NCBI GenBank assembly: GCA_963814375.1
Contig: CAWFCQ010000008.1
Coordinates: 224,001-288,000, forward strand
Reading direction: 5' to 3'
DNA: 64,000 bases
From: an uncultured Chloroflexia bacterium
GTDB taxonomy: Bacteria > Chloroflexota > Limnocylindria > QHBO01
Of the stretch, positions 54,406 through 64,000 are shown piece after piece. The stretch's first letter is position 1. Every line of letters begins with the position of its first letter. The notes under the pieces are model-generated. The model did not search any database and had not been told where the DNA came from. It was given only the letters and a program-made list of their open reading frames with translations. Position numbers and translations under genes: made by a program.

Positions 54406-54770
54406 TCCGGAAGCAGAGCAGGCTGCGCGTGGCCGACAACTCCGGCGCGCGAACGATTCAGTGCATCACCATCATCGGCCGCTCGACCAGCGACACGGCG
54501 ATGGTCGGTGATGTGATCGTCGCCAGCGTCAAGCAGGCCCTGCCGAACTCGGGCGTCAAGAAGGGTGATGTCGTGCGGGCCGTCGTGGTGCGCACCACCA
54601 AGGAGTACGGCCGCCCGGATGGCAGCCACATCCGCTTCGATGAGAACGCGGCGGTCCTCATCACCCCGCAGGGCAGCCCGCGCGGGACGCGAATCTTCGG
54701 GCCGGTCGCCAGGGAGCTGCGCGAGCGGAACTACATGAAGATCGTCTCGCTCGCCCCGGAGGTGCTCTAG
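54402..54770 (+). CDS. rplN: 50S ribosomal protein L14
   Basis: [26 protein letters not shown]. Confidence 0.98.
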   Translation: MIRKQSRLRVADNSGARTIQCITIIGRSTSDTAMVGDVIVASVKQALPNSGVKKGDVVRAVVVRTTKEYGRPDGSHIRFDENAAVLITPQGSPRGTRIFGPVARELRERNYMKIVSLAPEVL

Positions 54771-55106
54771 ATGAACGTGCGAAGGGGCGACACCGTCCTC
54801 GTCCTGGCCGGCAAGGACCGCGGCAAGCGCGGCACCGTCGAGCGGGTCGAGAAGACGAAGCGAGGCTTCGGTGTCGTGATCCCCGGAATCAACATGGCGA
54901 AGCGCCACCAGCGAGCGCGCTCGCGGACGCAGACGGCCGGGATCATCGACATCCCGGTGCCGATCCACGTCAGCAACGTGCAGGTCATCTGCCCGCGATG
55001 CAACAAGCCGACGCGCATCTCGCACGGCCGGCTCGAGGGCGAGCATGCCCGCGGCACGCGCATCTGCAAGCAGTGCGGCGAGCAGATCGAGGTGACCTCG
55101 AAGTGA
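54771..55106 (+). CDS. rplX: 50S ribosomal protein L24
   Basis: [23 protein letters not shown]; CxxC...CxxC. Confidence 0.96.
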   Translation: MNVRRGDTVLVLAGKDRGKRGTVERVEKTKRGFGVVIPGINMAKRHQRARSRTQTAGIIDIPVPIHVSNVQVICPRCNKPTRISHGRLEGEHARGTRICKQCGEQIEVTSK

Positions 55107-55759
55107 GCGCCAACGAGACGAAGACCACGCGCGCACGCCGCGCCGCGCCGACGAAGAGCAAGGAAGCCGCGTCGACCAACGGCGCGTCCGGCGGTGCGGC
55201 CTTCAGCCCGCCCGAGTACGCCGGGCTGCGGCGCCGATACCACGACGAGGTCGTGCCGGCCCTCCAGCGCGAGTTCAGCTATCCCAACCCGATGGACATC
55301 CCGCGGGTCGAGAAGGTCGTGGTCAACATCGGCCTGGGAGAGGCGATCGCCAACGCCAAGGCGCTGGACGCCGCGGTCGGCGACCTCGCCACCATCACCG
55401 GGCAGAAGCCGATCGTGACGCGCGCGAAGCGCAGCATCGCCCAGTTCCGGCTGCGGACCGGCATGCCCATCGGCGCCAAGGTGACGCTGCGCGGCCAGCG
55501 GATGTACGACTTCCTCGAACGCACGCTGGCGCTCGCGCTGCCCAGGATCCGCGACTTCCGGGGCATCCCGACGCGCTCGTTCGACGGCCGCGGCAACTTC
55601 AGCCTCGGGCTTCGGGAGCAGCTCGTCTACCCGGAGATCGACTACGACAAGATCGACCGCCTGCGCGGACTCGAGATCAGCATCGTGACGACGGCAAAGA
55701 CCGATGAGGAGGGGCGAAAGCTCCTCGAGCTCCTCGGCATGCCGTTCCAGAGCGCCTGA
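55103..55759 (+). CDS. rplE: 50S ribosomal protein L5 with an N-terminal extension
   Basis: [29 protein letters not shown]. Confidence 0.97.
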   Translation: MSANETKTTRARRAAPTKSKEAASTNGASGGAAFSPPEYAGLRRRYHDEVVPALQREFSYPNPMDIPRVEKVVVNIGLGEAIANAKALDAAVGDLATITGQKPIVTRAKRSIAQFRLRTGMPIGAKVTLRGQRMYDFLERTLALALPRIRDFRGIPTRSFDGRGNFSLGLREQLVYPEIDYDKIDRLRGLEISIVTTAKTDEEGRKLLELLGMPFQSA

Positions 55760-55797
55760 CGGCGTCATCGGCAGAGGAAGGACTCAAGCACGAACTG

Positions 55798-55983
55798 ATG
55801 GCAAAGAAGTCGAGCATCGCCCGGACCAAGCGCGGAACGCGCTACGCCGTGCGCGATCACAACCGATGCCAGGTGTGCGGCCGCCCGCGCGGCTACATGC
55901 GCCGATTCGCGATGTGCCGAATCTGCTTCCGGGAGCGTGCCCTGCTGGGCCAGCTGCCGGGCGTGACCAAGTCGAGCTGGTAA
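55798..55983 (+). CDS. rpsN: 30S ribosomal protein S14 (type Z, zinc-binding)
   Basis: [24 protein letters not shown]. Confidence 0.97.
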   Translation: MAKKSSIARTKRGTRYAVRDHNRCQVCGRPRGYMRRFAMCRICFRERALLGQLPGVTKSSW

Positions 55984-56093
55984 GGCTCGCAGAACCAATC
56001 GACGTCCGTCGTCGCTGACGGCCGCCATCAGCGGAAGGCGCCACCCGGGAACGCCGGGAGCGAACCGCCGCCGAGGAGACGAACGAACACCGA

Positions 56094-56492
56094 ATGAACG
56101 TGACCGATCCGATCGCCGACATGCTGACGCGCATCCGTAATGCGAGCGCAGCCCGGCACAAGGAGCTCAGCCTTCCATCCTCCCGGGTCAAGCGAGAGAT
56201 CGCGCGGATCCTGGCCGAGGAGGGCTTCATCGATGCCTTCGAGACGCAGCCCGACGACGTCCAGGAGCAGCTGACGCTGCGCCTGAAGTACGTCGAGGGT
56301 CGCACCCCGGTGGTGACCGGCCTGAAGCGCATCAGCAAGCCCGGTCTGCGGGTTTACGCTCGCAAGACCGAGATCCCGCGCGTGCTCGGTGGTCTCGGGC
56401 TATCCATTCTCTCCACCTCCCACGGGATCATGACCGGCGCAGACGCCCGGAAGCAGAATCTCGGTGGCGAGGTTCTCTGCTACGTCTGGTAA
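56094..56492 (+). CDS. rpsH: 30S ribosomal protein S8
   Basis: [32 protein letters not shown]. Confidence 0.98.
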   Translation: MNVTDPIADMLTRIRNASAARHKELSLPSSRVKREIARILAEEGFIDAFETQPDDVQEQLTLRLKYVEGRTPVVTGLKRISKPGLRVYARKTEIPRVLGGLGLSILSTSHGIMTGADARKQNLGGEVLCYVW

Positions 56493-56503
56493 GGAGCGAG
56501 CGC

Positions 56504-57052
56504 ATGTCACGAATCGGACGAATGCCGATTCCGCTCCCGGACGGAGTGGAGATCACGCAGGACGGGAGCACCCTCCGCGTCAAGGGCCCGCTCGGCCAGC
56601 TCGAGCGCCGGCTCCATCCGGAGATGCGCGTCGAACGCGAGAACGGGGAGCTGCGGGTCGTGCGACCCAGCGACGAGCCGCGCCATCGGGCGCTGCACGG
56701 CCTGACGAGGACTCTGGTCAACAACATGGTCACCGGCGTCACGAGCGGCTTCACGAAGAACCTGGAGATCAGCGGCGTCGGCTATCGCGCCCAGCTCCAG
56801 GGCTCCAAGCTGGTGCTGGCGCTCGGCTACTCGCATCCCGTCGAGGTCGACCCTCCGGCCGGGATCGAGTTCCGGGTGGAAACCCCGACCCGCCTCGGCG
56901 TCTTCGGCGCCGACAAGGAGCTAGTGGGGCAGATCGCCGCATACATCCGCTCGCAGAGGAAGCCCGAGCCCTACAAGGGCAAGGGCATCCGCTACGCGGG
57001 CGAGCAGATCCTCCGCAAGGCCGGCAAGGCCGGCAAGGTCGGGGGAGCGTAA
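56504..57052 (+). CDS. rplF: 50S ribosomal protein L6
   Basis: [22 protein letters not shown]. Confidence 0.98.
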   Translation: MSRIGRMPIPLPDGVEITQDGSTLRVKGPLGQLERRLHPEMRVERENGELRVVRPSDEPRHRALHGLTRTLVNNMVTGVTSGFTKNLEISGVGYRAQLQGSKLVLALGYSHPVEVDPPAGIEFRVETPTRLGVFGADKELVGQIAAYIRSQRKPEPYKGKGIRYAGEQILRKAGKAGKVGGA

Positions 57053-57062
57053 GGACAGACCG

Positions 57063-57416
57063 ATGACGAACGCATCCCGCGACGCACTGCGTCGCAAGCG
57101 CCACGCCCGCCTTCGGCTCCGCATCAGCGGCAGCGCGGAGCGGCCGCGCCTGTCGGTCTTCCGCAGCGCGAAGTACATCTATGCCCAGGTGATCGACGAC
57201 CTCAGCGGACGGACGCTGGCTTCGGCGTCAAGCCGCGAGCCCGATCTCGCCGGCGAGACGCCCGTCGACGTCGCACGATCGGTCGGCCGCACGCTCGCTG
57301 AGCGGGCGAAGGCGGCCGGCATCAGCGCGGTCGTGCTCGACCGGGGCGGATACCAGTACCACGGGCGGGTCCGCTCGCTCGCCGAGGGCGCCCGCGAGGG
57401 CGGCCTCAACCTGTAG
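57063..57416 (+). CDS. rplR: 50S ribosomal protein L18
   Basis: [20 protein letters not shown]. Confidence 0.97.
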   Translation: MTNASRDALRRKRHARLRLRISGSAERPRLSVFRSAKYIYAQVIDDLSGRTLASASSREPDLAGETPVDVARSVGRTLAERAKAAGISAVVLDRGGYQYHGRVRSLAEGAREGGLNL

Positions 57417-57435
57417 AGCGAGAGGAGACAAGCGC

Positions 57436-58026
57436 ATGGCACGGATCGATCCGTCCAAGCTCAACCTGGAGGAGAAGGTCGTCCAGATCAACCGGGTCGC
57501 CAAGGTCGTCCAGGGCGGCCGCCGCTTCAGCTTCAGCGCGGTGGTCGTCGTCGGCGACGGCAACGGCACCGTCGGCGCCGGGATCGGCAAGGCCGGCGAG
57601 GTGCCGGAGGCGATCCGCAAGGGCGTCGAGGACGCGAAGAAGCACCTGATCAAGGTGCCGCTCGTGGGCTCGACGATTCCGCACGAGGTGCATCGGCACT
57701 TCGGCGCGGCGCGCGTCATGCTCAAGCCGGCCAGCGCCGGCACCGGCGTCATCGCCGGGGGCTCGGTGCGCGCGGTCGTCGAGGTTGCCGGTATTCGGGA
57801 CCTCCTGAGCAAGGCCCAGGGCTCGACCAACCCGATCAACGTCGTGCGTGCCACGATCGAGTGCCTGACGGCGCTCCGGTCCGCCGACGCGATCGCCGCG
57901 CTGCGGGGCCGGACGGCCGAGGAGCTCCTCGGCAAGCGCGGCGCCGAGCTGGCCCGCACCCCGCACGAGGTGCCGGAGCGGCGCGAGCCGATGAACACCG
58001 GGTTCGGGGGTGGACGTGGCCGCTAA
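57436..58026 (+). CDS. rpsE: 30S ribosomal protein S5
   Basis: [28 protein letters not shown]. Confidence 0.97.
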   Translation: MARIDPSKLNLEEKVVQINRVAKVVQGGRRFSFSAVVVVGDGNGTVGAGIGKAGEVPEAIRKGVEDAKKHLIKVPLVGSTIPHEVHRHFGAARVMLKPASAGTGVIAGGSVRAVVEVAGIRDLLSKAQGSTNPINVVRATIECLTALRSADAIAALRGRTAEELLGKRGAELARTPHEVPERREPMNTGFGGGRGR

Positions 58027-58246
58027 GACACTGAAGGTCACCTGGGTCCGATCGACGATCGGGCACAAGGCGGCCGCGCGCGGCACCATCCGCGCGCTCG
58101 GCCTGCACCGGCTCCACCAGACCGTCGAGGTCGCCGACACGCCGATGATGCGCGGCATGCTGCGCCGCGTCGCCTTCCTCCTCGATGTCGAGGAGCCGGC
58201 AGGAACGCCCAAGGCGACATCGGCCGAGAAAGAGGAGACGAAGTGA
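58016..58246 (+). CDS. rpmD: 50S ribosomal protein L30
   Basis: [19 protein letters not shown]. Confidence 0.93.
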   Translation: MAAKTLKVTWVRSTIGHKAAARGTIRALGLHRLHQTVEVADTPMMRGMLRRVAFLLDVEEPAGTPKATSAEKEETK

Positions 58247-58905
58247 AGCTCCACGACCTGCACCCGGCTCCCGGGTCGCGCAAGCCGTCGCGTCGCGTCG
58301 GCCGCGGCCACGGCTCCGGGCGCGGCAAGACCGCGGGGCGCGGCACGAAGGGCCAGAAGTCGCGTGCCGGTGGCAACCTGCCCGCCTGGTTCGAGGGCGG
58401 CCAGACTCCGCTCCACATCCGCACACCGAAGCTGCACGGCTTCCGAAACCGCGGGCGCGTGGCCTATGCGCCGATCAACCTCTCCCGGCTGGGCGAGGTG
58501 GCGAGCGGAACGCTCGTCACGCCCGAGGTGCTGGCGCACGACGGCCTGATCCGCGACACGAGCCTGCCGGTCAAGGTCCTCGGGGTGGGGGATGCCCCCA
58601 AGGGCATCACGATCCACGCGCATGGGTTCAGCAAGAGCGCGCTCGAGAAGCTGACGGCGGCAGGCTGCACCGTCCAGCGCCTCAGCTGGCCTGACAACGC
58701 TCCCGTCGAGCTCGAGAAGCCGAAGCGCCAGCCGAAGGCGAAGCGCGGCGGCAAGGCGGGGAAGGCAAAGAAGGCAGCCGCAGCGGCAGATGCGGACGAG
58801 GACGACGAGGCCAGCGCGCCCGCCGAGGCATCGGCTGAAGGCGAAGCGCCCGCCACCGACGAGACCGAGACAACGCCAGAGGGCGAAAGCGAGTCCGAGG
58901 CTTGA
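58243..58905 (+). CDS. rplO: 50S ribosomal protein L15 with a C-terminal extension
   Basis: RVGRGHGSGRGKTAGRG, FEGGQTPL. Confidence 0.97.
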   Translation: MKLHDLHPAPGSRKPSRRVGRGHGSGRGKTAGRGTKGQKSRAGGNLPAWFEGGQTPLHIRTPKLHGFRNRGRVAYAPINLSRLGEVASGTLVTPEVLAHDGLIRDTSLPVKVLGVGDAPKGITIHAHGFSKSALEKLTAAGCTVQRLSWPDNAPVELEKPKRQPKAKRGGKAGKAKKAAAAADADEDDEASAPAEASAEGEAPATDETETTPEGESESEA

Positions 58906-60188
58906 TCGAGACGGTCGTTACCGCCTTCCGCGCGCCGGACATCCGGCGAAAGCTCCTCTTCACGCTCGGGATCCTGGCGATCTTCCGTGCGCTGACGAAC
59001 GTGCCGGTGCCGAACGTGAACACGGCCGCCCTGACGGACCTCTTCACGAACAACCCGCTGCTCGGGATCCTCAACATCTTCTCGGGCGGTGGGCTGGCGG
59101 CGGCGTCGATCATTGGCCTCGGGGTGAACCCGTACATCAACGCCAGCATCATCATGCAGCTGATGCGGGGCGTGATCCCGGCCCTCGAGGAGCTCTCGCG
59201 CGAGGGTGAATACGGCCGCAACCGGCTCAACCAGTACACCCGCATGCTGACCGTGCCGCTGGCGTTCGCCCAGGGCTACGGGATCAGCGTGCTGCTCAGC
59301 GCGAACGGCGTGATCCCGGCGAACCCGCTGTTCAGCGTGGAGACCCTCAGCCTGCTGCTCAGCTTCACCGCCGGAACGATCCTGCTCATGTGGCTCGGCG
59401 AGCTCATCAGTGAGAAGGGCCTCGGCAACGGCATCAGCTTCATCATCTTCGCCGGCATCGTCGGCAGCATCCCGCAGCAGATCGGCCCCATCCTCTCCGC
59501 ACCCGATGCGCTGACGCGGATCATCCCGTTCGTGATCGTGGCGATCGTCGTCATCGCCGCCGTCGTCTTCATCAACGAGGGCCAGCGGCGGGTGCCCGTC
59601 CAGTACGCCAGCCGCGTGCGCGGCCGCCGCATGTACCAGGGCCAGACCCAGTACCTGCCGCTCAAGGTCACGATGGCCGGGGTGATCCCGATCATCTTCG
59701 CCGTCAGCATCCTGCTCTTCCCGGCGCAGATCGCGACCTACTTCACCGCCAGCGACATCGACTGGGTGCGAAACACGGCCACCTGGATCAGTGAGAACCT
59801 CAACGGCACGAACAACATCCCGCTGTACGCGTCGCTGTACTTCGGGCTGGTGGTCTTCTTCACCTACTTCTACACGGCGTTCCAGTTCCGTCCCGACCAG
59901 ACCGCCGACTATCTGCGCAAGAACGGCGGCTTCATCCCGGGCATTCGTCCGGGCAAGCCCACCGAGCAGTTCCTGGCACGCGTCACGAGCCGCATAACGC
60001 TCGGCGGCGCGCTGTTCCTGGGCTCCATCGCGATCCTGCCGTACATCATGACCGCCTTCATCCCGGGCACCCAGAACCTCCAGCTGGGCGGCACGAGCAT
60101 CCTGATCATGGTCAGCGTCGTCGTCGAGACGATGAAGCAGCTCGAGGCCCAGATGATGATGCGGCACTACGAGGGCTTCATCAGGTGA
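58902..60188 (+). CDS. secY: Preprotein translocase subunit SecY
   Basis: LGVNPYINASII, GLGNGIS, FIPGIRPG, GGTSILI. Confidence 0.98.
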   Translation: MIETVVTAFRAPDIRRKLLFTLGILAIFRALTNVPVPNVNTAALTDLFTNNPLLGILNIFSGGGLAAASIIGLGVNPYINASIIMQLMRGVIPALEELSREGEYGRNRLNQYTRMLTVPLAFAQGYGISVLLSANGVIPANPLFSVETLSLLLSFTAGTILLMWLGELISEKGLGNGISFIIFAGIVGSIPQQIGPILSAPDALTRIIPFVIVAIVVIAAVVFINEGQRRVPVQYASRVRGRRMYQGQTQYLPLKVTMAGVIPIIFAVSILLFPAQIATYFTASDIDWVRNTATWISENLNGTNNIPLYASLYFGLVVFFTYFYTAFQFRPDQTADYLRKNGGFIPGIRPGKPTEQFLARVTSRITLGGALFLGSIAILPYIMTAFIPGTQNLQLGGTSILIMVSVVVETMKQLEAQMMMRHYEGFIR

Positions 60189-60886
60189 CCGATGGGACGG
60201 TCGGCCGCGTCGCGCCCGACGAGCGCCTGATCCTGCTGCTCGTCGGCGCGGTCGGTACCGGCAAGGGAACCCAGGCCAAGGCCCTCTCGCGCGAGCTCAA
60301 GCTGCCGCACCTCGCCTCGGGCAACCTCTTCCGTGCCGCGATGGCCGCCGGCACGCCCATCGGCGAAGAGGCGCAGAAGTACATGCAGCGCGGCGAGCTC
60401 GTGCCGGACGAGATCACGATCGGCATGTTCATGGACGAGCTCGCCAAGCCCCACGCCGCGCGCGGCGCGATCCTCGACGGCTTCCCGCGCACCGTGGGCC
60501 AGGCGACGGCGCTGGACGAGACCCTCCACGCCGTGGGCGAGGAGGTCGATCGTGTGATCTTCATCGAGGTCCCCACCGACGTCATCATCCGACGCGTCGG
60601 CGGCCGCTGGGTCTGCCCGACCTGCAGCACCCCGTACCACGAGACCGCCGACCCGCCGCGCGTGCCGGGCATCTGCGACAGGGAGGGCACGCCGCTGCGC
60701 CAGCGCGACGACGACCGGCCCGAGGTCGTGCAGGCCCGCCTCGACCGCCAGGTGCCGCCGATGCTCGGGGTGATCGATCACTACGAGCGGACGGGGATCG
60801 TCGAGCGAGTGGACGGCACGGCGCCGATCGACGCGATCACCGCCGAGATCCTGCGCCGAATGGGCGTCCCGTCACCCGAGCGATGA
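60185..60886 (+). CDS. adk: Adenylate kinase (zinc-lid type)
   Basis: GxxGTGKGTQ, GELVPD, LDGFPRT, CPTC...CD lid, QRDDD. Confidence 0.95.
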   Translation: MTDGTVGRVAPDERLILLLVGAVGTGKGTQAKALSRELKLPHLASGNLFRAAMAAGTPIGEEAQKYMQRGELVPDEITIGMFMDELAKPHAARGAILDGFPRTVGQATALDETLHAVGEEVDRVIFIEVPTDVIIRRVGGRWVCPTCSTPYHETADPPRVPGICDREGTPLRQRDDDRPEVVQARLDRQVPPMLGVIDHYERTGIVERVDGTAPIDAITAEILRRMGVPSPER

Positions 60887-61680
60887 CGAGGACCGGCGGC
60901 GCCAGCGCCGCGACCATCAAGCGTCCCGCCGAGATCGAGCGCATGCGCGCGGCGGGCACGATCCTGGTCGACATCCTCGACGTGCTGCGGGCCGAGATCA
61001 GGCCCGGGGTCAGCACCGGCGACCTCGACCGCATCGCCGCGGAGATGATCACCGACGCCGGCGCGGAGTCGTCGTTCCTCGGCTACGGCGGGAACCCACC
61101 GTTTCCCGGGGTGATCTGCGCCAGCATCAATGACGAGGTCGTCCACGGCATTCCATCGATGCGCCGTCGCCTCGCCGATGGCGACCTGGTCAGCATCGAT
61201 ATCGGCTGCATCGTCGACGGCTGGCATGCCGACTGCGCCCGCACCTGGCCCGTCGGCCGCGTGCCCCGCGAGGTCACCGAGCTCATCGACGCCACCCGGC
61301 GCGGGATGGAGGCCGGCATCGCGGCCGCCCGACCCGGCAACCGGCTGGGGGACGTCGGGCACGCGATCGAGTCGGTGGCGCACCTCCACGGCTACGGGAT
61401 GGTTCGCGCGTTCGTCGGCCATGGCATCGGCCGGGCCATGCACGAGGAGCCCCAGGTGCCGAACCACGGGCGTCCTGGCACCGGCCTGCTCATCGAGCCG
61501 GGAATGTGCTTCGCCATCGAGCCGATGTTCAACCTGGGCGGCGACGAGGTGTTCGTGGAGAACGACGGATGGACCGTTCGCACCGCCGATGGAGCCCTCT
61601 CGGCACATTTCGAGAACACGATCGCGGTGACCGACGACGGTGCCGTTCTCCTCACCGAGCGCCCCGTGGGCTCACCATGA
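60883..61680 (+). CDS. map: Methionine aminopeptidase type I
   Basis: SINDEVVHGIP, SIDIG, GHGIG..MHEEP, AIEPM, SAHFENT. Confidence 0.97.
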   Translation: MTRTGGASAATIKRPAEIERMRAAGTILVDILDVLRAEIRPGVSTGDLDRIAAEMITDAGAESSFLGYGGNPPFPGVICASINDEVVHGIPSMRRRLADGDLVSIDIGCIVDGWHADCARTWPVGRVPREVTELIDATRRGMEAGIAAARPGNRLGDVGHAIESVAHLHGYGMVRAFVGHGIGRAMHEEPQVPNHGRPGTGLLIEPGMCFAIEPMFNLGGDEVFVENDGWTVRTADGALSAHFENTIAVTDDGAVLLTERPVGSP

Positions 61681-61686
61681 CGCTTC

Positions 61687-61715
61687 TTGTGCCGGATCGG
61701 GCATCGAGGTATACT
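61687..61715 (+). promoter_or_regulatory. Promoter for the infA-alpha operon
   Basis: TTGTGC-17 nt-TATACT. Confidence 0.55.
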
Positions 61716-61802
61716 CCCCGTTCGGGGTCGCCGTGGCGCGGCGGCCTTTCCGTGTGTCAATCCCCATTCATTGATCGATGCTGAGACGAGGGTGCGTGCC
61801 GC

Positions 61803-62021
61803 TTGCCAAAGAAGGATGCAATCGAGGTCGAGGGTGAGGTCGTCCTCCCCCTGCCGAACGCGATGTTCAAGGTGCGCCTGGAGAACGGGCACGAGGTGCT
61901 CGCACACATCTCCGGGAAGCTGCGCCAGAACTTCATCCGCATCCTCCCCGGCGACACCGTCCGCGTCGAGCTCAGTCCCTACGACCTCACCCGGGGTCGC
62001 ATCACGTACAGGATGAGATGA
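61803..62021 (+). CDS. infA: Translation initiation factor IF-1
   Basis: [25 protein letters not shown]. Confidence 0.98.
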   Translation: MPKKDAIEVEGEVVLPLPNAMFKVRLENGHEVLAHISGKLRQNFIRILPGDTVRVELSPYDLTRGRITYRMR

Positions 62022-62131
62022 AGGTTTCTGCCTCCGTGAAGCCCCGCTGCGAGCGCTGCAAGGTCATCAAGCGCTCAGGCGTGGTGATGGTCATCTGCGT
62101 CATTCCCAAGCACAAGCAGCGGCAGGGGTAG
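62018..62131 (+). CDS. rpmJ: 50S ribosomal protein L36
   Basis: Manual translation: [37 protein letters not shown]. Confidence 0.97.
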   Translation: MKVSASVKPRCERCKVIKRSGVVMVICVIPKHKQRQG

Positions 62132-62138
62132 CGGCATC

Positions 62139-62510
62139 GTGGCTCGTATCGCCGGCGTCGACATCCCCCGCGAGAAGCGGGTGATCATCGGCCTCACCTA
62201 TATCCACGGCATCGGCCTCACCTCGTCGAAGAAGGTCATCACCGCGGCCAACGTGTCGCCAGACACGCGCGTGCGCGACCTCACCGACGAGGAGGTCAAC
62301 CGCCTGCGGGAGATCGTCGACCGCCAGTACAAGGTCGAGGGCGATCTGCGTCGCGAGGTCAGCCTGAACGTGAAGCGGCTGATGGAGATCGGCTCCTACC
62401 GGGGCCTCCGCCATCGGCGCAACCTGCCCGTCCGCGGGCAGCGAACAAAGACGAACGCGCGGCAGCGCCGTGGGTCGAAGAAGACGGTCGGCGTCCGCCG
62501 CAAGAAGTAA
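62139..62510 (+). CDS. rpsM: 30S ribosomal protein S13
   Basis: [26 protein letters not shown]. Confidence 0.98.
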   Translation: MARIAGVDIPREKRVIIGLTYIHGIGLTSSKKVITAANVSPDTRVRDLTDEEVNRLREIVDRQYKVEGDLRREVSLNVKRLMEIGSYRGLRHRRNLPVRGQRTKTNARQRRGSKKTVGVRRKK

Positions 62511-62522
62511 AACGGGAGTTCC

Positions 62523-62918
62523 ATGGTAGAGCGCAAGCGGGCTCAGCGCGGGAAGAAGCGCGAGCGAAAGAACGTTCCGGCTGGGCACGCGCATATCCAG
62601 TCGACGTTCAACAACACGATCGTCACGATCACCGACACCACCGGCAACGTCATCAGCTGGGGCAGTGCCGGCCTGGTCGGCTTCAAGGGCTCTCGAAAGA
62701 GCACCCCGTATGCGGCCGCCCAGACGGCCGAGCTCGCCGCGAAGCGCGCGATGGAGAACGGGATGCGCCAGATCGAGGTCTTCGTCAAGGGCCCCGGTGG
62801 CGGGCGCGAGCAGGCGATCCGCTCGCTCCAGTCCGCCGGCCTCGAGGTGACCGCCATCACCGACGTGACGCCGATCCCGCACAACGGCTGCCGCCCGCCG
62901 AAGCGGCGGAGGGTCTGA
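62523..62918 (+). CDS. rpsK: 30S ribosomal protein S11
   Basis: [27 protein letters not shown]. Confidence 0.98.
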   Translation: MVERKRAQRGKKRERKNVPAGHAHIQSTFNNTIVTITDTTGNVISWGSAGLVGFKGSRKSTPYAAAQTAELAAKRAMENGMRQIEVFVKGPGGGREQAIRSLQSAGLEVTAITDVTPIPHNGCRPPKRRRV

Positions 62919-62921
62919 GCC

Positions 62922-63548
62922 ATGGCCCGATATAACGACGCGGTCTGCCGCATCTGCCGGCGTGAGGGGCTGAAGCTCTTCCTCAAGGGCAGCCGCTGCT
63001 ACAGCCGCAAGTGCGCCTTCGAGCGCCGCAGCACGCCGCCCGGCATGAACACCATGCGCCGCCGCAAGGTGAGCGAGTACGGGCTCCAGCTGCGCGAGAA
63101 GCAGAAGGTTCGCAAGAGCTACTCCGTGCTCGAGCGCCAGTTCCGCAACTACTTCGAGAAGGCGGACCAGCGCAAGGGCGTGACCGGCGAGAACCTGCTG
63201 CGGATGCTGGAGATGCGCCTCGACAGCGTCGTCTTCCGGATGGGCTTCGCAACCAGCCGTGCCCAGGCGCGGCAGCTGGTGACCCACGGTCACTTCTCGG
63301 TCAACGGTCGGCCCACCAACGTGCCGAGCTTCGCGACCAAGATCGGCGACCGCATCGAGGTGCGCGACAGCCGCCGAGGCCGCGAGTACTTCAAGGTCGC
63401 CGGCGAGACGATGAAGGCGGCCCAGATACCTGAATGGGTGAGCGTCGATCCGGCCAAGCTGTCCGGAACCGTGCTCGCCGAACCGGCGCGCGAGCAGATG
63501 CCGCTCGAGTTCAACGAGCAGCTCGTCGTCGAGTACTACTCGCGCTAG
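62922..63548 (+). CDS. rpsD: 30S ribosomal protein S4 (zinc-binding form)
   Basis: [41 protein letters not shown]. Confidence 0.98.
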   Translation: MARYNDAVCRICRREGLKLFLKGSRCYSRKCAFERRSTPPGMNTMRRRKVSEYGLQLREKQKVRKSYSVLERQFRNYFEKADQRKGVTGENLLRMLEMRLDSVVFRMGFATSRAQARQLVTHGHFSVNGRPTNVPSFATKIGDRIEVRDSRRGREYFKVAGETMKAAQIPEWVSVDPAKLSGTVLAEPAREQMPLEFNEQLVVEYYSR

Positions 63549-63564
63549 GAGTCAATCTCTTCCC

Positions 63565-64000
63565 ATGATCGAACTCGAGACCCCGCTTCAGCAGCAGCCC
63601 GCGCCGTCGCCCCGCATCGACGAGGTCCACGCCGAGGGCAACCTGAGCAGCTTCGAGGTGACCCCGCTCCAGGAGGGGTACGGCGTCACCCTCGGCAACG
63701 CCCTGCGCCGCGTGCTGCTCGGCTCCCTCGACGGCGCGGCCGTCACCAGCATCCAGATCGCCGGCGTCTTCCACGAGTTCAGCACGATCGAGAACGTCAA
63801 GGAGGACGTCACCCAGATCGTGCTGAACGTGAAGAAGCTTCGGCTTCGCTCGTTCGCCCGCCACCCGCTGACGCTCAAGCTGGTCAAGCGGGGCGCCGGC
63901 CCGGTGACCGCCGCCGACATCAACGAGTCCGCCGACGTGGAGATCGTCAATCCCGACCTCGTCCTGCTCACCCTCGACTCCGACTCGGGTTCGATCGAGA
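63565..64000 (+). CDS. rpoA: RNA polymerase alpha subunit (5' part; truncated by the window end)
   Basis: Manual translation includes [19 protein letters not shown] and [13 protein letters not shown]. Confidence 0.97.
   Translation, partial: MIELETPLQQQPAPSPRIDEVHAEGNLSSFEVTPLQEGYGVTLGNALRRVLLGSLDGAAVTSIQIAGVFHEFSTIENVKEDVTQIVLNVKKLRLRSFARHPLTLKLVKRGAGPVTAADINESADVEIVNPDLVLLTLDSDSGSIE

Noticed and set aside
60230-60340. Adenylate kinase with atypical GAVGTGKGT and ASGNLFR motifs as inactive
   Set aside because: The P-loop Lys, DGFPR, lid arginines and RxDD are intact, so the variation is within a plausible range.

Overview
This is a high-GC bacterial core-genome window. The 16S rRNA has Chloroflexota-type signatures (shortened V7 helix, AAGTCAGCATGGCCCTTA motif); an Ellin6529/Limnocylindria-like lineage is a tentative inference. 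From left to right it holds: an ECF sigma/anti-sigma pair, a divergent AroE-like gene, tRNAs, an MBL hydrolase, a protein O-mannosyltransferase, tadA-tRNA(Ser)x2-ffs-dnaX-ybaB-recR, a split rRNA locus, a LysM protein, Fpg/Nei, rpsA, clpC-radA-PIN/TRAM-ispDF-rlmB, a tRNA cluster, rpmG-secE-nusG-rplKAJL, rpoBC, and the str-S10-spc-alpha superoperon up to a partial rpoA. The most notable observations are: (1) the syntenic TadA has its catalytic Glu replaced by Val (HAV, as in non-catalytic eukaryotic ADAT3/Tad3), and the nearby tRNA-Arg has a GCG rather than ACG anticodon; (2) the ancestral 16S-Ile-Ala-23S-5S order is kept, but four protein genes interrupt it and the modules have their own predicted promoters; (3) palindromes phased at exactly 52 bp lie upstream of two housekeeping promoters; (4) several ribosomal and RNAP proteins carry long low-complexity extensions. 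Five single-base insertions in conserved genes (aroE, pmt, dnaX, rpsA, fusA) are most likely assembly errors. No transposases, integrases, CRISPR arrays or cas genes were seen. All calls are by eye, without database searches.
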